Shown here piece by piece: positions 20,970 through 30,974 of a stretch of 64,000 nt of DNA. Position 1 is the first letter of the stretch. The number at the start of each line of letters is the position of its first letter. The notes beneath the pieces are model-generated. The model did no database searches. It was not told where the DNA came from and saw only the letters and a program-made list of their open reading frames with translations. The stretch comes from Vulcanimicrobiota bacterium (lineage in GTDB: Bacteria > Vulcanimicrobiota > Vulcanimicrobiia > Vulcanimicrobiales > Vulcanimicrobiaceae): the NCBI GenBank assembly GCA_963714015.1, contig OY970223.1:1824001-1888000 (forward strand). Direction: 5' to 3'. The translations under genes were made by a program, and so were the position numbers.

Positions 20970-21440
20970 TTGAAGACGCAAGGAATCGCTTTAGCGCTGC
21001 TCCTGGCCGGCACGATCGGTGCCGGCGCCAAGCCGGTCGATCCGCTTGGGTCGTTCGCTTTCATGATCGGATCGTGGAACTGCAGCTACACGCTCGGAGC
21101 GCAAACCGCGTCGTACAACGCGACGATGAGCTGGGCGATCGGCGGCAAATGGATTCGCGAGCGCGACTCTTGGGCCGGCGGCGCCGGCGACGAGGGGCTC
21201 TTTACGTACGATCGCACCAAGCGGCAATGGACCGAGGTCGTAATCGAGAGCCAGGGGCCTCCGACCTTGTTCGTGGCCGGCAACAGCGGCAGCGGGCGTA
21301 TCGCTTACCGCAGCGTGTATCCGGACGCCTCGATGACCGACACGATCGACCGCATCTCGCCCGTCAAATACACGATCCATTTTACGCAAACCGCCGCCGG
21401 CAAAACGACGCACTCGGTCGACGTCTGCACCAAACGGTAA
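20970..21440 (+). CDS. Secreted beta-barrel protein (DUF1579-like)
   Basis: Signal peptide; 'FMIGSWNC', 'FTYD...QW', terminal 'CTK'. Confidence 0.65.
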   Translation: MKTQGIALALLLAGTIGAGAKPVDPLGSFAFMIGSWNCSYTLGAQTASYNATMSWAIGGKWIRERDSWAGGAGDEGLFTYDRTKRQWTEVVIESQGPPTLFVAGNSGSGRIAYRSVYPDASMTDTIDRISPVKYTIHFTQTAAGKTTHSVDVCTKR

Positions 21441-21472
21441 CCCTGCCTGCGACGCTGCTCTATCACGCAGAT

Positions 21473-22246
21473 TTACGAATCGTTGGCGACTATCACCAGG
21501 GTACGAGGCGTCTGGTCGGACGAAGCAAAGTCCGAATCGGGGACGCTGGCCGGGAATTTGTAGTCCCACATCATCGCGACGTCAGGCGTGCACGCCGGGA
21601 CGGCAAGCGCGGTGTAGGTAATCGGTACCGCATCGCAGGTCTGGCGAAGGTACCACATGTCCGCGACTGGGCCAAAGCCGTAGACGAGCACGCGATTCGG
21701 GTTCTGCGGTTCGGCGTAGATCATTTTCCAGACGCGATACGTCGTTGCGTCGACGACGAGTTCGCGCATGCGGAAGCGCAGCGGGTCCATCTTCGGTTCG
21801 AGCTTCAGGTCGTAGACCGGCGTGCCGTCGAAATCCATATACTGCACGCCCGCTACGTTATAAGGTAGCCAGAAGCTGTGGACCGAGGCAATCGTCCGCA
21901 GGCCGCTCGGGCCGGCGCCGCCTCCGAACGGGTCGGCACCAAGCACTCCGGTGCAGTGCAAATCGCTCACGCAAAATCCCAGCTGCGAATGGCCCGGGCC
22001 TTCGAGCGTCACACCGGGGTACTGAATCGGTTTTGCATTGTGCGAGGCGGGGATCGTTTCGACGTAGGCTTTTCCGTCGCTCGTGCGGATGATCACGCGC
22101 ACGGGATCGTTGGAGACCTGCTCGCTGAACGTCGTGAATTCAATGTACGGGGGAAGGCTTTGAATGTGCCAGGCACTCGCAGCGCGCTGAAGTATCGTCG
22201 TTCCCGTCGGCATTCCGGGCGGCGGCGTAGCAGGGACAAAAGGCAA
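21473..22246 (-). CDS. Hypothetical protein, tandem paralog A
   Basis: RBS GGAGG + TTG 22246; colinear with 22300-23076. Confidence 0.75.
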   Translation of the reverse strand: MPFVPATPPPGMPTGTTILQRAASAWHIQSLPPYIEFTTFSEQVSNDPVRVIIRTSDGKAYVETIPASHNAKPIQYPGVTLEGPGHSQLGFCVSDLHCTGVLGADPFGGGAGPSGLRTIASVHSFWLPYNVAGVQYMDFDGTPVYDLKLEPKMDPLRFRMRELVVDATTYRVWKMIYAEPQNPNRVLVYGFGPVADMWYLRQTCDAVPITYTALAVPACTPDVAMMWDYKFPASVPDSDFASSDQTPRTLVIVANDS

Positions 22247-22299
22247 TGCGGTCCTCCCGATAAATCCGAGCGGCTGGGAGGCCGTTTTTCGCCGCGAGG

Positions 22300-23076
22300 T
22301 TAGTGCGGCGCCTGCATTTGCATTGCGTGCTGCAGATACTGGTCCTTGTCGAAGTAGAAGTTCGGAAGCTGCTGGGGGAAGTCGTAATCCCAAATCATCT
22401 CACTATCAGGCATGCAGGCAGGAACCGCCAATCCCGATAGCCGCGTGGGGACCGAATAGCACGTTTGCCGCAGATACCAGATGTTCATCACCGGTCCGAA
22501 GCCGTAGGTGAGCAAGCGGTTCGGAAGCTGCGGCTGTGCGTACATCATCTTCCAGACGTGATAATTTCCGGCATCTACGATGATCTCTCGCATGCGGTAA
22601 CGGTCGGGGTCGGCCGACGCTTCCAGCTTCAGATCGTATACCGGCGTACCGTCGAAGTCCATGTACTGCACGCTGACGACGTCGTACGGGTTCTCGAACA
22701 CGTGCTCGCGGGCGATCGTCGGCAGCGGCGCTTGGCCCGCAGGCATCTGCTCGCCGAACGGATCTTGGCCGACCACGCCGATGCAGTGGCCCATGCTCAC
22801 GCATATTCCGAGCGGCGAATAGTCCGGCCCGAGCAGGCGAACGCCGGGATAGGCTATCGGCAGCTCGCCGGGGGAGGCAGGCATGGTTTGAACGTACGCG
22901 TGTCCGTCGGAAGTCCTGACCGCAACGCGAACCGGCTGGTCCGATATTTGCGCGATAAAGGTCGTGAACTCGATATAGGGCGGAAGGCTTTGTGAGTGCC
23001 ACACTGACTCGGCGCGCTCGAAGATGAGGTTTCCGGGCGGCATGTTCGTTGGTGGCGGCGCAGGCAAGAACGGCAT
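22300..23076 (-). CDS. Hypothetical protein, tandem paralog B
   Basis: Shares 'QSLPPYIEFTTF', 'QYMDFDGTPVYDLKLE', 'YGFGPV..WYLRQTC' with paralog A. Confidence 0.78.
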   Translation of the reverse strand: MPFLPAPPPTNMPPGNLIFERAESVWHSQSLPPYIEFTTFIAQISDQPVRVAVRTSDGHAYVQTMPASPGELPIAYPGVRLLGPDYSPLGICVSMGHCIGVVGQDPFGEQMPAGQAPLPTIAREHVFENPYDVVSVQYMDFDGTPVYDLKLEASADPDRYRMREIIVDAGNYHVWKMMYAQPQLPNRLLTYGFGPVMNIWYLRQTCYSVPTRLSGLAVPACMPDSEMIWDYDFPQQLPNFYFDKDQYLQHAMQMQAPH

Positions 23077-23080
23077 AGCG

Positions 23081-24517
23081 TCACTCCGCTGGGCTTGCCG
23101 TTTTACTTTCGGCGTTCTCGGGGCCGATCCATACCGTCTGAACGTTCACGAATTCATGAATTCCGAAGGAAGAGAGTTCCCGTCCGTAACCGCTGCGCTT
23201 GACCCCGCCGAACGGCAAGCGCGGATCGCTCGCGACCATACCGTTTATGAAGACCAACCCGGACTCGATCTGCGCCGCCATTCGCGCAGCGTGGCCGGTG
23301 TCGCGGGTCCAAATGTTCGCACCCAATCCAAACGTGGAGTCGTTCGCCAGCGTGACGGCATGATCGTCGTTTTCGGCGCGGATGAGGGCGGCGGCCGGTC
23401 CGAAGGTCTCCTGCGCGTACATCGGCGACCCCGGAGCAACGTCGGCCACGACGGTTGGTTCAAAGAAGAAGCCCTCCCCGTCCATCGGCCGTCCGCCGGC
23501 AACGATGCGGCCGCCATCCACGACGGTCGCGGTAACTTGTTGGTACAGCGCATCGCGCAAGTCGCCGCGCGCGCAAGGGCCGATCTGCGTTTGTTCGTTC
23601 GCGGGGTCGCCCACGCGCTGTGCGCGAACCGCCTCGGCGAAGTGCGATACGAAGCGATCGTATGCGCGATCCTCGACGATAAACCGCTTGGCCGCGATGC
23701 AGCTCTGCCCGTTGTTCTGAAAACGCGACTTTACGGCGAACTCGACCGCCAGATCGAGGTCCGCGTCGGCGAGCACGATGAACGGGTCCGAACCGCCGAG
23801 TTCGAGCACGCACTTTTTGATCGCAGCGCCGGCGGCGGAACCGACCGCGACGCCCGCCCGTTCGCTTCCGGTCAAGGTGACTGCCGCAATGCGCGGATCG
23901 GCAATGCGCGCGTCCGCGTCGCCGTGATCGATCAGCAGCGTGCGAAAAAGTCCGTCGGGGGCGCCGGCTTGCGCGAATATTCGTTCGATCTCGAGCGCGC
24001 AGCGAGTCGTGCTGTCGGCGTGCTTGAGCACAATGGTATTGCCTGCCATGATGGCCGGAGCGGCGGCGCGGAAGACTTGCCAGTACGGAAAGTTCCACGG
24101 CATGATCGCAAAAAGCACGCCCAACGGACGAAACGCGACGAAGCTCTTCGTTCCGTTAGACTCCACGTCGCGATCGCTCAGCATCCGGGCGCCCTGTTCG
24201 GCGAAGAAGTCGCAGCACCAGGCGCATTTCTCGATCTCGGCGCGCGCCTGAACGATTGGCTTGCCCATCTCGCGCACGGCCGTCTGCGCGAGGTTCTCCA
24301 GATCCTCACGCAGTGCGGAAGCAACCGCGTGGAGCTGTGCGGTGCGCGTTTCGAACGGCTCGCGGCGCCAGTGGAAGAATGTTTCTCGCGCCGCGTCGAG
24401 ATGAGCGTCGATCTCTTCGGGAGTCATGTAGGAGAAGCGCTCGATGTCCCCACCCGTGGCGGGGTTCACCGTCGTAAAATCCGGCGTTTGTTCTCTGTTT
24501 CCGGCAAGCACTTTCAT
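23081..24517 (-). CDS. NAD-dependent succinate-semialdehyde dehydrogenase (ALDH family)
   Basis: 'IMPWNFP', 'LTGSERAG', 'LELGGSDP', '[11 protein letters not shown]', '[13 protein letters not shown]'. Confidence 0.93.
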   Translation of the reverse strand: MKVLAGNREQTPDFTTVNPATGGDIERFSYMTPEEIDAHLDAARETFFHWRREPFETRTAQLHAVASALREDLENLAQTAVREMGKPIVQARAEIEKCAWCCDFFAEQGARMLSDRDVESNGTKSFVAFRPLGVLFAIMPWNFPYWQVFRAAAPAIMAGNTIVLKHADSTTRCALEIERIFAQAGAPDGLFRTLLIDHGDADARIADPRIAAVTLTGSERAGVAVGSAAGAAIKKCVLELGGSDPFIVLADADLDLAVEFAVKSRFQNNGQSCIAAKRFIVEDRAYDRFVSHFAEAVRAQRVGDPANEQTQIGPCARGDLRDALYQQVTATVVDGGRIVAGGRPMDGEGFFFEPTVVADVAPGSPMYAQETFGPAAALIRAENDDHAVTLANDSTFGLGANIWTRDTGHAARMAAQIESGLVFINGMVASDPRLPFGGVKRSGYGRELSSFGIHEFVNVQTVWIGPENAESKTASPAE

Positions 24518-27207
24518 AATGCGTGGATAGACCAGGGACCTGACGGTCCCGAAAAAACCTCGATGAGGCGGTCCGGCTCCAAGTACTCCTTTGCGACGCG
24601 CTGGATGTCCGCGGGTGTAATGTCCGCGTAACGCTTGGCCAGCGTTTGATAGTAGTTCGTACCCAGGTCGTCCTGGGCAATCTCCAGTACCTCGTCGAGT
24701 TGGCCTTCCGCCGACCCCTCGTCGAGCAACGCTTGGGAGACGAGACGAACCTTGGCTTGCGCGAGCTCCTCCCCAGAGACCGGATGCGTGCGCAAGCGTT
24801 CGAGTGAGTCTCGCACCAAGTCGATGGCTGCCGGAACGTTTGACGGAGCTGCGCTCAGCTGAATTTCAAAGTCGCCGCGATCGGCGTCGCTGTGCACGCG
24901 AGTGCCGACGCTGTAAACGAGTCCGCGCTTTTGACGCAACTCTTGGAAGAGTCGCGATTGGAAGTAGCCGGGACCACCGAGCAACTCCGCCAGCAGATTG
25001 AACGTGTCGTAGTCTCGGCTCTTACGGGAAACGGCCGGTTGACCGAGTTGAATATACACTTGATTTGCGGCGGTGCCGATGTAGGCGTGGGCGGTATGCG
25101 CAGCGGGAAGCGCAAGCTCGTTGCCGCTGGGGGTCGGCCCCGGCGACTTCCACGATCCGAACGCGGCCTCGACTGCGCTGCGCGCCTGCTCGGGCGTTAC
25201 GTCACCGACAATCGCAATCGACGTAAGGTCGGGGCGCCAGTAATGCTGCGTGTAGGAAACCAAATCGTCGCGCGTGATCGAGCTGATGGAATCCTGCGAT
25301 GCGTAGCGCAGTTCCGGATCGTCCGGAGCGAGCAGCCGCTCCAAGTACGCGCGATCGATCATCACGCCGGAGATCGTTTGTTCGCTGTTGACCGAGTTTG
25401 CCAGCTGCGAACGCTGCAAGTCCAACCAGCGTTCCGGGAAGTCGGGATGTTCTTCGCCGTCGCTCAGAATCGCGAGCAGGGTTCCGAAGTCGCGCGCAAG
25501 TCCGTGCGCCGAGAACGTTTGGCCGAGATTCACGTCGGCGCCGATATCATCGGTGACTTTGCGCAGCTGATTGAAATCGTAGTGCTCGCTGCCGAAGTTT
25601 GCCATCGCCGACGCAAGACGCACGATGCCTTCTTTTCCGGAAGGTATGAAAGCGGCGGACGAGTCAATCGATCCTTCGACGTACACGGTTGGCCGATCGG
25701 GTTTCGTTTGAACCACGAGGTGCAGGCCGTTGGGGAGCGTGAACTCGGTGGGAGACAGTTTGCTGCGCGCCGTGGTCGGCTTGCGCAACGCTGCGCGGAT
25801 CGATGCCGGTTCCACTATCGGTCCGTTGGGAACGCGGCTGCTGAAGTTGTCCGACGCGCCCGCATCGCTCTTCTGCGATTGGCTGTTTTCCGGGCGATCG
25901 TTCGGCGTGAGGTGGCCGACGACGTTCGGCTTCGAGAGATATTTGCGCGCCGCGTCAAGCAGTGTCTGCGGCGTGAGCGCCGCAAGGCGGGAGTCTTCGC
26001 CGGCGTTGCGCTCTTCGACGATTCCGTACGTATAGCCGACGAGGTCGCCGTATCCGCCGATGGAGTCCGCGCTGTAGATGCGATCTGCAAGCGTCGACCG
26101 TTTTGCCGCTTCGACCAAGCTCGGATCGAAGCCGGTCTCGAGCACCTGATTCATCGTGGATTGAAAGATCTGTTGTGCTTCTGCGCCCGTGTGTCCGGGG
26201 TTGAGCACGATGAAGACGTGCATCAGACCGCCGCGCAGCTGCGTATCGGCATTGGCTTCGAGCGTAAGCGCAACGTTGGATTCCACGAGCGCTTGGAAGA
26301 AGGGTCCGCGCTGATTCGGAATAAGCGATGCGAGCGTGCTGATTGCCGGCTCGCCCGGTTCGGTATCGCCGGGGACCGCGTACGCGAGATCCAGCACCTC
26401 GAACGAAAACGGAAATTCGGCTTCGACAACCTTACCGGTGGCGGCTTTGGGATGCAGCGGCTTGAAAGCGGGCAGCTTCTTGGCCGGAATCGATCCGAAG
26501 TCCCGCGCGGCCAGCGCGAAGACGGCGGTGTGGTCGACGTCGCCCGCCACGACCAGCGCGGCATTGTTGGGCGCGTACCATTCATTGTAATACTTGCGCA
26601 GATCTTGAACCGTTGCGGAAGCAACGTCCGAACGCACTCCCGTAGGCGTGCGGCCTGCCGGAAGGCCCGGATAGGCTGCGGCCCGCACGCGCGAAAGTAA
26701 ATTGAAGAACGGCGAACTGTCGTCGCCGTCGATTTCGCTCAGTACCGCGCGACGTTCGATATTCCATTCGGCAGCCGTGAGCGAGATGTGGCGCATGCGG
26801 TCCGCTTCGATTTGCAGCGCGATCGCAACGCGGTCCGCCGGCATGTCGAACAAGAAGTTGGTGTAATCGTAGTCCGTCGTGCCGTTCATCTGCGCACCGA
26901 GACGAGCGACGATATCGTCGAGTCCGCCGGCCGAAATGTCGGGTGTGCCCCGGAACATCATGTGTTCGAGCGCGTGTGCCAGGCCGGTTTTTCCGGGCGC
27001 TTCGTACAGCGAACCGAACTTGTACCAGACGGCGGTGTGCACGACCGGCGCAGCGCGATCTTCGACGACGATCACCTTGAGGCCATTGCCGAGTGTGGTC
27101 GAGTACACACCTCGATCGCCGACCCCGGCGTCCTGCTGCGCTCGAACGGAACCCGGGAGCAGCGCAGTAAGGAGCGCTAAAAATAGAGCCGGCACCAACA
27201 ATTTCAT
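24514..27207 (-). CDS. M16 (pitrilysin/insulinase) family zinc peptidase, secreted
   Basis: Signal peptide; inverted zinc motif 'HALEH'; 'SRLFQELRQKRGLVYSV'. Confidence 0.93.
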   Translation of the reverse strand: MKLLVPALFLALLTALLPGSVRAQQDAGVGDRGVYSTTLGNGLKVIVVEDRAAPVVHTAVWYKFGSLYEAPGKTGLAHALEHMMFRGTPDISAGGLDDIVARLGAQMNGTTDYDYTNFLFDMPADRVAIALQIEADRMRHISLTAAEWNIERRAVLSEIDGDDSSPFFNLLSRVRAAAYPGLPAGRTPTGVRSDVASATVQDLRKYYNEWYAPNNAALVVAGDVDHTAVFALAARDFGSIPAKKLPAFKPLHPKAATGKVVEAEFPFSFEVLDLAYAVPGDTEPGEPAISTLASLIPNQRGPFFQALVESNVALTLEANADTQLRGGLMHVFIVLNPGHTGAEAQQIFQSTMNQVLETGFDPSLVEAAKRSTLADRIYSADSIGGYGDLVGYTYGIVEERNAGEDSRLAALTPQTLLDAARKYLSKPNVVGHLTPNDRPENSQSQKSDAGASDNFSSRVPNGPIVEPASIRAALRKPTTARSKLSPTEFTLPNGLHLVVQTKPDRPTVYVEGSIDSSAAFIPSGKEGIVRLASAMANFGSEHYDFNQLRKVTDDIGADVNLGQTFSAHGLARDFGTLLAILSDGEEHPDFPERWLDLQRSQLANSVNSEQTISGVMIDRAYLERLLAPDDPELRYASQDSISSITRDDLVSYTQHYWRPDLTSIAIVGDVTPEQARSAVEAAFGSWKSPGPTPSGNELALPAAHTAHAYIGTAANQVYIQLGQPAVSRKSRDYDTFNLLAELLGGPGYFQSRLFQELRQKRGLVYSVGTRVHSDADRGDFEIQLSAAPSNVPAAIDLVRDSLERLRTHPVSGEELAQAKVRLVSQALLDEGSAEGQLDEVLEIAQDDLGTNYYQTLAKRYADITPADIQRVAKEYLEPDRLIEVFSGPSGPWSIHAL

Positions 27208-27338
27208 CAGGCGATAAGGATACCAACTCGCCTGGTGTTTAGCCTGGCCGCCTCGTGCGGCGAACTTTGCAGCCCGATCCCCCTAGAGCGACCGCTCGCT
27301 TATGTTGCCTGGGGCGCATGTATGACGATCGCACTCGG

Positions 27339-28199
27339 TCAAATTACGGGCCTATTCCGTGAGAGGCCCAAGTAATATTCGGCGCAGTCGAGTACGGCGG
27401 CGTAAGGGATGCAGCCGATAAGCTCCGATCGCACGACCGGAACTCCGGCGTCGCGAGCCATGTCGCGAACGATTTCGACGATGCGATATAACGGCACGGC
27501 GCGATAGTCCGTAACGTTCAGCGAAACCTGGACTAAACTCTCGGAGAGCCGCAAGCCGAGCGCTTTTAGGGTACGCAAGCCTCCGTCACGTTCGCGAAGC
27601 GCGCGCGCAATACGCTTTGCAAAGGCGAGATCGCCGGTACCGAGTTCGATGTTGAATGCGATGAGAACGTCGCGAGCGCCGACGGCAACGGCGCCGGCGC
27701 TGGCATGTTTGGATACGTCGCCGAAGTCGGGGCGCCAATCGGAAAGTTCGAAGCGGGCGTCCAAGCCTTCGAATTGCCCCTGCCGGACGGATGCCAGATT
27801 GCGGCGCAGCACCGTAGTCGCAGCCTGGCCATATAAGAAGGAAGGTACGTGCAAGTCTTGCCAGATCGCCGCCGCCGTCTCTCTGGCCAATTCGACGGCG
27901 TCGCTCATCTTGGCGCCGTTGAGCGGAATGAAGGGGAGCACGTCCAGAGCACCAATGCGCGGATGAACGCCGGCATGTTTGCGCAAATCGATGCATTCTA
28001 CGCTTATCGCGGCGATGGCGAGCGCTGCTTTTCGCAGCGATTCGTAGTTGCCGACCATCGTCAGCACGCTGCGATTATGAACCGGATCGCTGGTGCGGTG
28101 CAGCACGCGCGCACCCTGCAGTTCGCAAGATTCTACGCAGCGATCGATGACGTCCAGATTTCGACCTTCGCTGATGTTGGGAACCGACTCGAAGAGCAT
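27339..28199 (-). CDS. ftcD: Glutamate formimidoyltransferase
   Basis: 'ESVPNISEGR', 'HNRSVLT', 'HPRIGALDVLPF', 'VQVSLN', 'SELIG'. Confidence 0.93.
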   Translation of the reverse strand: MLFESVPNISEGRNLDVIDRCVESCELQGARVLHRTSDPVHNRSVLTMVGNYESLRKAALAIAAISVECIDLRKHAGVHPRIGALDVLPFIPLNGAKMSDAVELARETAAAIWQDLHVPSFLYGQAATTVLRRNLASVRQGQFEGLDARFELSDWRPDFGDVSKHASAGAVAVGARDVLIAFNIELGTGDLAFAKRIARALRERDGGLRTLKALGLRLSESLVQVSLNVTDYRAVPLYRIVEIVRDMARDAGVPVVRSELIGCIPYAAVLDCAEYYLGLSRNRPVI

Positions 28200-29518
28200 T
28201 ACGCGAGTGCGGCTTCGATAGCTTGCGCGACGTCGCTTAAATTGTGCGGGCCGTAGACTGTTGCATATCCCAGTTTGTTGGCTTCGGCAATGCGCCGCGC
28301 GGCAGCATTGACGGCGCGGATTTCGCCGGAGAGGCCAAGTTCGCCGAATGCGACCGCATCGGCCGGGAGCGGGCGGTTGCGGAACGACGATGCAATTGCG
28401 AGCGCGATGCCGAGATCCGCAGCGGGTTCGTTTACGCGCAAGCCGCCCGCGACGGACGCATAGATGTCATGAGCACCGAGTTGCATGCCGGCGCGGCGCT
28501 CCAGGACGGCAATGATCATCGCCAGGCGCGCTTGGTCGACGTTGTTGGCAAGACGCCGCGGCGTACCGTAACTGGTCTCGCCGACCAACGCCTGTACTTC
28601 GAGCAGAACCGGACGCGAACCGACGATTCCGGCGACGACGCACGAACCGCTTGGGCGGCCGGTGCGCCCGGACAGAAAGACTTCGGACGGATTGGAAACT
28701 TCGTGCAGGCCATCGGAATGCATCGAAAAGACGCAGATCTCATCGATGCTGCCGAAGCGGTTTTTATACGCTCGCACGATACGATATTCGCCGCTGGCTT
28801 CGCCTTCGAAGTACAATACCGTGTCGACCAGATGCTCGAGCAGCCGGGGACCGGCGATCGTACCTTCTTTCGTGACGTGACCGACGATGAACGTCGGCGA
28901 TTCAGTGCGTTTTGCAAACTCCATGAGGGCTTGCGTACAGTCGCGCACCTGGGTGACGCTGCCCGCATAGGACTCGGATTCGGGCAGCCACACAGTTTGT
29001 ATCGAGTCGACGATCAGCGCAGCCGGCTGCAGTTTTTCGATTTGATCGAGAACGTTGCGCAGGTTCGTCTCGGGAAAGACGAGGAGATGTTCGCTGTTCA
29101 CGAGTCCTAGGCGGTGCGCGCGCAATTTGACTTGCGCGGCGGATTCTTCGCCGCAAACGTAGATGACGGGACCGCTCTCGAGCATTGCGGCGATCTGCAG
29201 AAGCAGCGTCGATTTGCCCGCACCGGGCGGCCCGCCAATCAGTGTAAGGCTGCCGGGAACGATGCCGCCGCCGAGCACCCCATCGAACTCGTGCAGCCCG
29301 GTGCGCATGCGTTCCAAACGCGCATCGTCCACGTCGTTCAGTGAGATGGGGCCGGCGGCCGTGCGAAGCGGCGCAACCGCAGCGGACCTGGCTGCGACCA
29401 CGCGTATCGGACGTTCGTCGAAGGAATTCCACGCCCGGCATTGCGGGCAACGGCCCAGCCAACGCGGCGATTCAAAGCCGCACCCGGAGCAGAAATAGAC
29501 CGAACGCGCCTTGGCCAT
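28199..29518 (-). CDS. radA: DNA repair protein RadA/Sms
   Basis: C4 zinc finger, 'GPPGAGKST', 'KNRFG'. Confidence 0.97.
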   Translation of the reverse strand: MAKARSVYFCSGCGFESPRWLGRCPQCRAWNSFDERPIRVVAARSAAVAPLRTAAGPISLNDVDDARLERMRTGLHEFDGVLGGGIVPGSLTLIGGPPGAGKSTLLLQIAAMLESGPVIYVCGEESAAQVKLRAHRLGLVNSEHLLVFPETNLRNVLDQIEKLQPAALIVDSIQTVWLPESESYAGSVTQVRDCTQALMEFAKRTESPTFIVGHVTKEGTIAGPRLLEHLVDTVLYFEGEASGEYRIVRAYKNRFGSIDEICVFSMHSDGLHEVSNPSEVFLSGRTGRPSGSCVVAGIVGSRPVLLEVQALVGETSYGTPRRLANNVDQARLAMIIAVLERRAGMQLGAHDIYASVAGGLRVNEPAADLGIALAIASSFRNRPLPADAVAFGELGLSGEIRAVNAAARRIAEANKLGYATVYGPHNLSDVAQAIEAALA

Positions 29519-29654
29519 AGCCCTGAATTTAGCGAACGCTCGTGAAGAGTCTTTTACCGTGAGCTTGCCGCCCGCGGTTCGACGTTGGCCGCTATGGCGG
29601 TGCGGCCGGCGTTGCCCCGCAGGAAGAGTCGTCTCCCGGAAAAAGGTTCGTGCG

Positions 29655-30338
29655 GTGCAACGCTCGCTGCAGATCGCCATCGACGGCCCGGCTGCTTCAG
29701 GCAAGACGACCGTCGCGCGAGCGCTCGCCGATCGCCTAGGCGTTCTTTATCTGGACACCGGCGCGATGTACCGGGCGTTAGCGTACACAGCGCTGGGCAC
29801 GCAAACGGATTTGGATAACGAAAACGCGCTCGTTCGTTTGTTCGAACAACATCGCATCCGGGTGGAGCTCGATCGCAGTTCACCGTTGGGATTCAGAATT
29901 TTTGCGGCAAGCCGGGAGCTGACGGCGCAGGATTTGGAGTCGCCGCAAGTTACGGCCGTCGTTTCCACGATCGCTTCACATCCGCGCGTCCGTGAAGCGA
30001 TGGTTCGGGAACAGCGCCGTATTGCGCAAGCGGGTCCCGTAGTGATGGCGGGCCGCGACATCGGCACGGTCGTTCTGCCCGATGCGCCCTTCAAGATTTT
30101 CCTTACTGCATCGGTCGAGGCGCGAGTCGCCCGCCGGCGGCAGCAACTGGAGCGCGCGGGCGTCGACGTCGGTGTGCACGAACTGACGAAAGACATCGAA
30201 GAGCGCGATCGGCTGGACGAAAGCCGGAAGACTTCGCCCTTGCGGCAAGCTTCGGACGCGCACCGCATCGATTCCAGCAATTTGAGCGTTCAGGGGGTCG
30301 TCGACCGCATTTGCCGCATCGTCGAAGCTCGTGTGTAA
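29655..30338 (+). CDS. cmk: Cytidylate kinase
   Basis: 'IAIDGPAASGKTT', 'LDTGAMYRA', 'GRDIGTVVLPDA'. Confidence 0.96.
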   Translation: MQRSLQIAIDGPAASGKTTVARALADRLGVLYLDTGAMYRALAYTALGTQTDLDNENALVRLFEQHRIRVELDRSSPLGFRIFAASRELTAQDLESPQVTAVVSTIASHPRVREAMVREQRRIAQAGPVVMAGRDIGTVVLPDAPFKIFLTASVEARVARRRQQLERAGVDVGVHELTKDIEERDRLDESRKTSPLRQASDAHRIDSSNLSVQGVVDRICRIVEARV

Positions 30339-30374
30339 AGCCCTCATGACCCGGCTGAACGCGACGTTTCCAAC

Positions 30375-30974
30375 GTGAACGAACCGCTCTACGATCTTGC
30401 GAAGTATTCGTTTTGGGCGCTCTTCGGATCGATTTGGCGCATGCGCGTGTTCGGCAGCGAAAACGTTCCCAAGGCGGGTCCGCTTATCGTCGCATGCAAT
30501 CACGTCTCGTATTTGGATCCGCCGGTCTTGGGCACGGCGTGTCCGCGTCGGATCGAATACATGGCCAAGCGCCAGCTCTTTGAAATTCCGATCCTGGGGC
30601 CGCTGATCTCGGCGGTCGGTGCGTATCCGGTCGATCGCGAGGGCTCGGCTTCTGCGGCGATAAAGCGCTCGGTCGAAGTGCTGCGGCGCGGCGGCGCAAT
30701 CGGCATTTTTCCGGAAGGCACGCGCAACGCCGCGGGGACCGTTCAGGCCCGTACGGGTGCGGCGCTGCTGGCATCGTTGGCTGGAGCGCCGGTGACTCCC
30801 GCGCGCGTGGTCGGCACGAGCGAAGCCAAACGGCTTTCGGCGATTCGTGTCTACTTCGGGCCCCCGCTCGCGCTTCCGGAGGGGCGGAAAGCGAGCCGCG
30901 AGGAGATGGCGAACTTCACGGACGAGGTGATGCGGGCAATTCGCGCGCTGCCGGAACGCTTTGATCGAACGTAA
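30375..30974 (+). CDS. plsC: 1-acyl-sn-glycerol-3-phosphate acyltransferase
   Basis: 'NHVSYLD' (HX4D), 'FPEGTR'. Confidence 0.92.
   Translation: MNEPLYDLAKYSFWALFGSIWRMRVFGSENVPKAGPLIVACNHVSYLDPPVLGTACPRRIEYMAKRQLFEIPILGPLISAVGAYPVDREGSASAAIKRSVEVLRRGGAIGIFPEGTRNAAGTVQARTGAALLASLAGAPVTPARVVGTSEAKRLSAIRVYFGPPLALPEGRKASREEMANFTDEVMRAIRALPERFDRT

Noticed and set aside
23024..24631. 535-aa plus-strand ORF
   Set aside because: Antisense shadow of the SSADH gene; Arg-rich with no motifs, typical of high-GC DNA
24892..26700. 602-aa plus-strand ORF (and similar long ORFs at 12343-13623, 15057-16055, 56983-58143)
   Set aside because: Antisense shadows of well-supported genes
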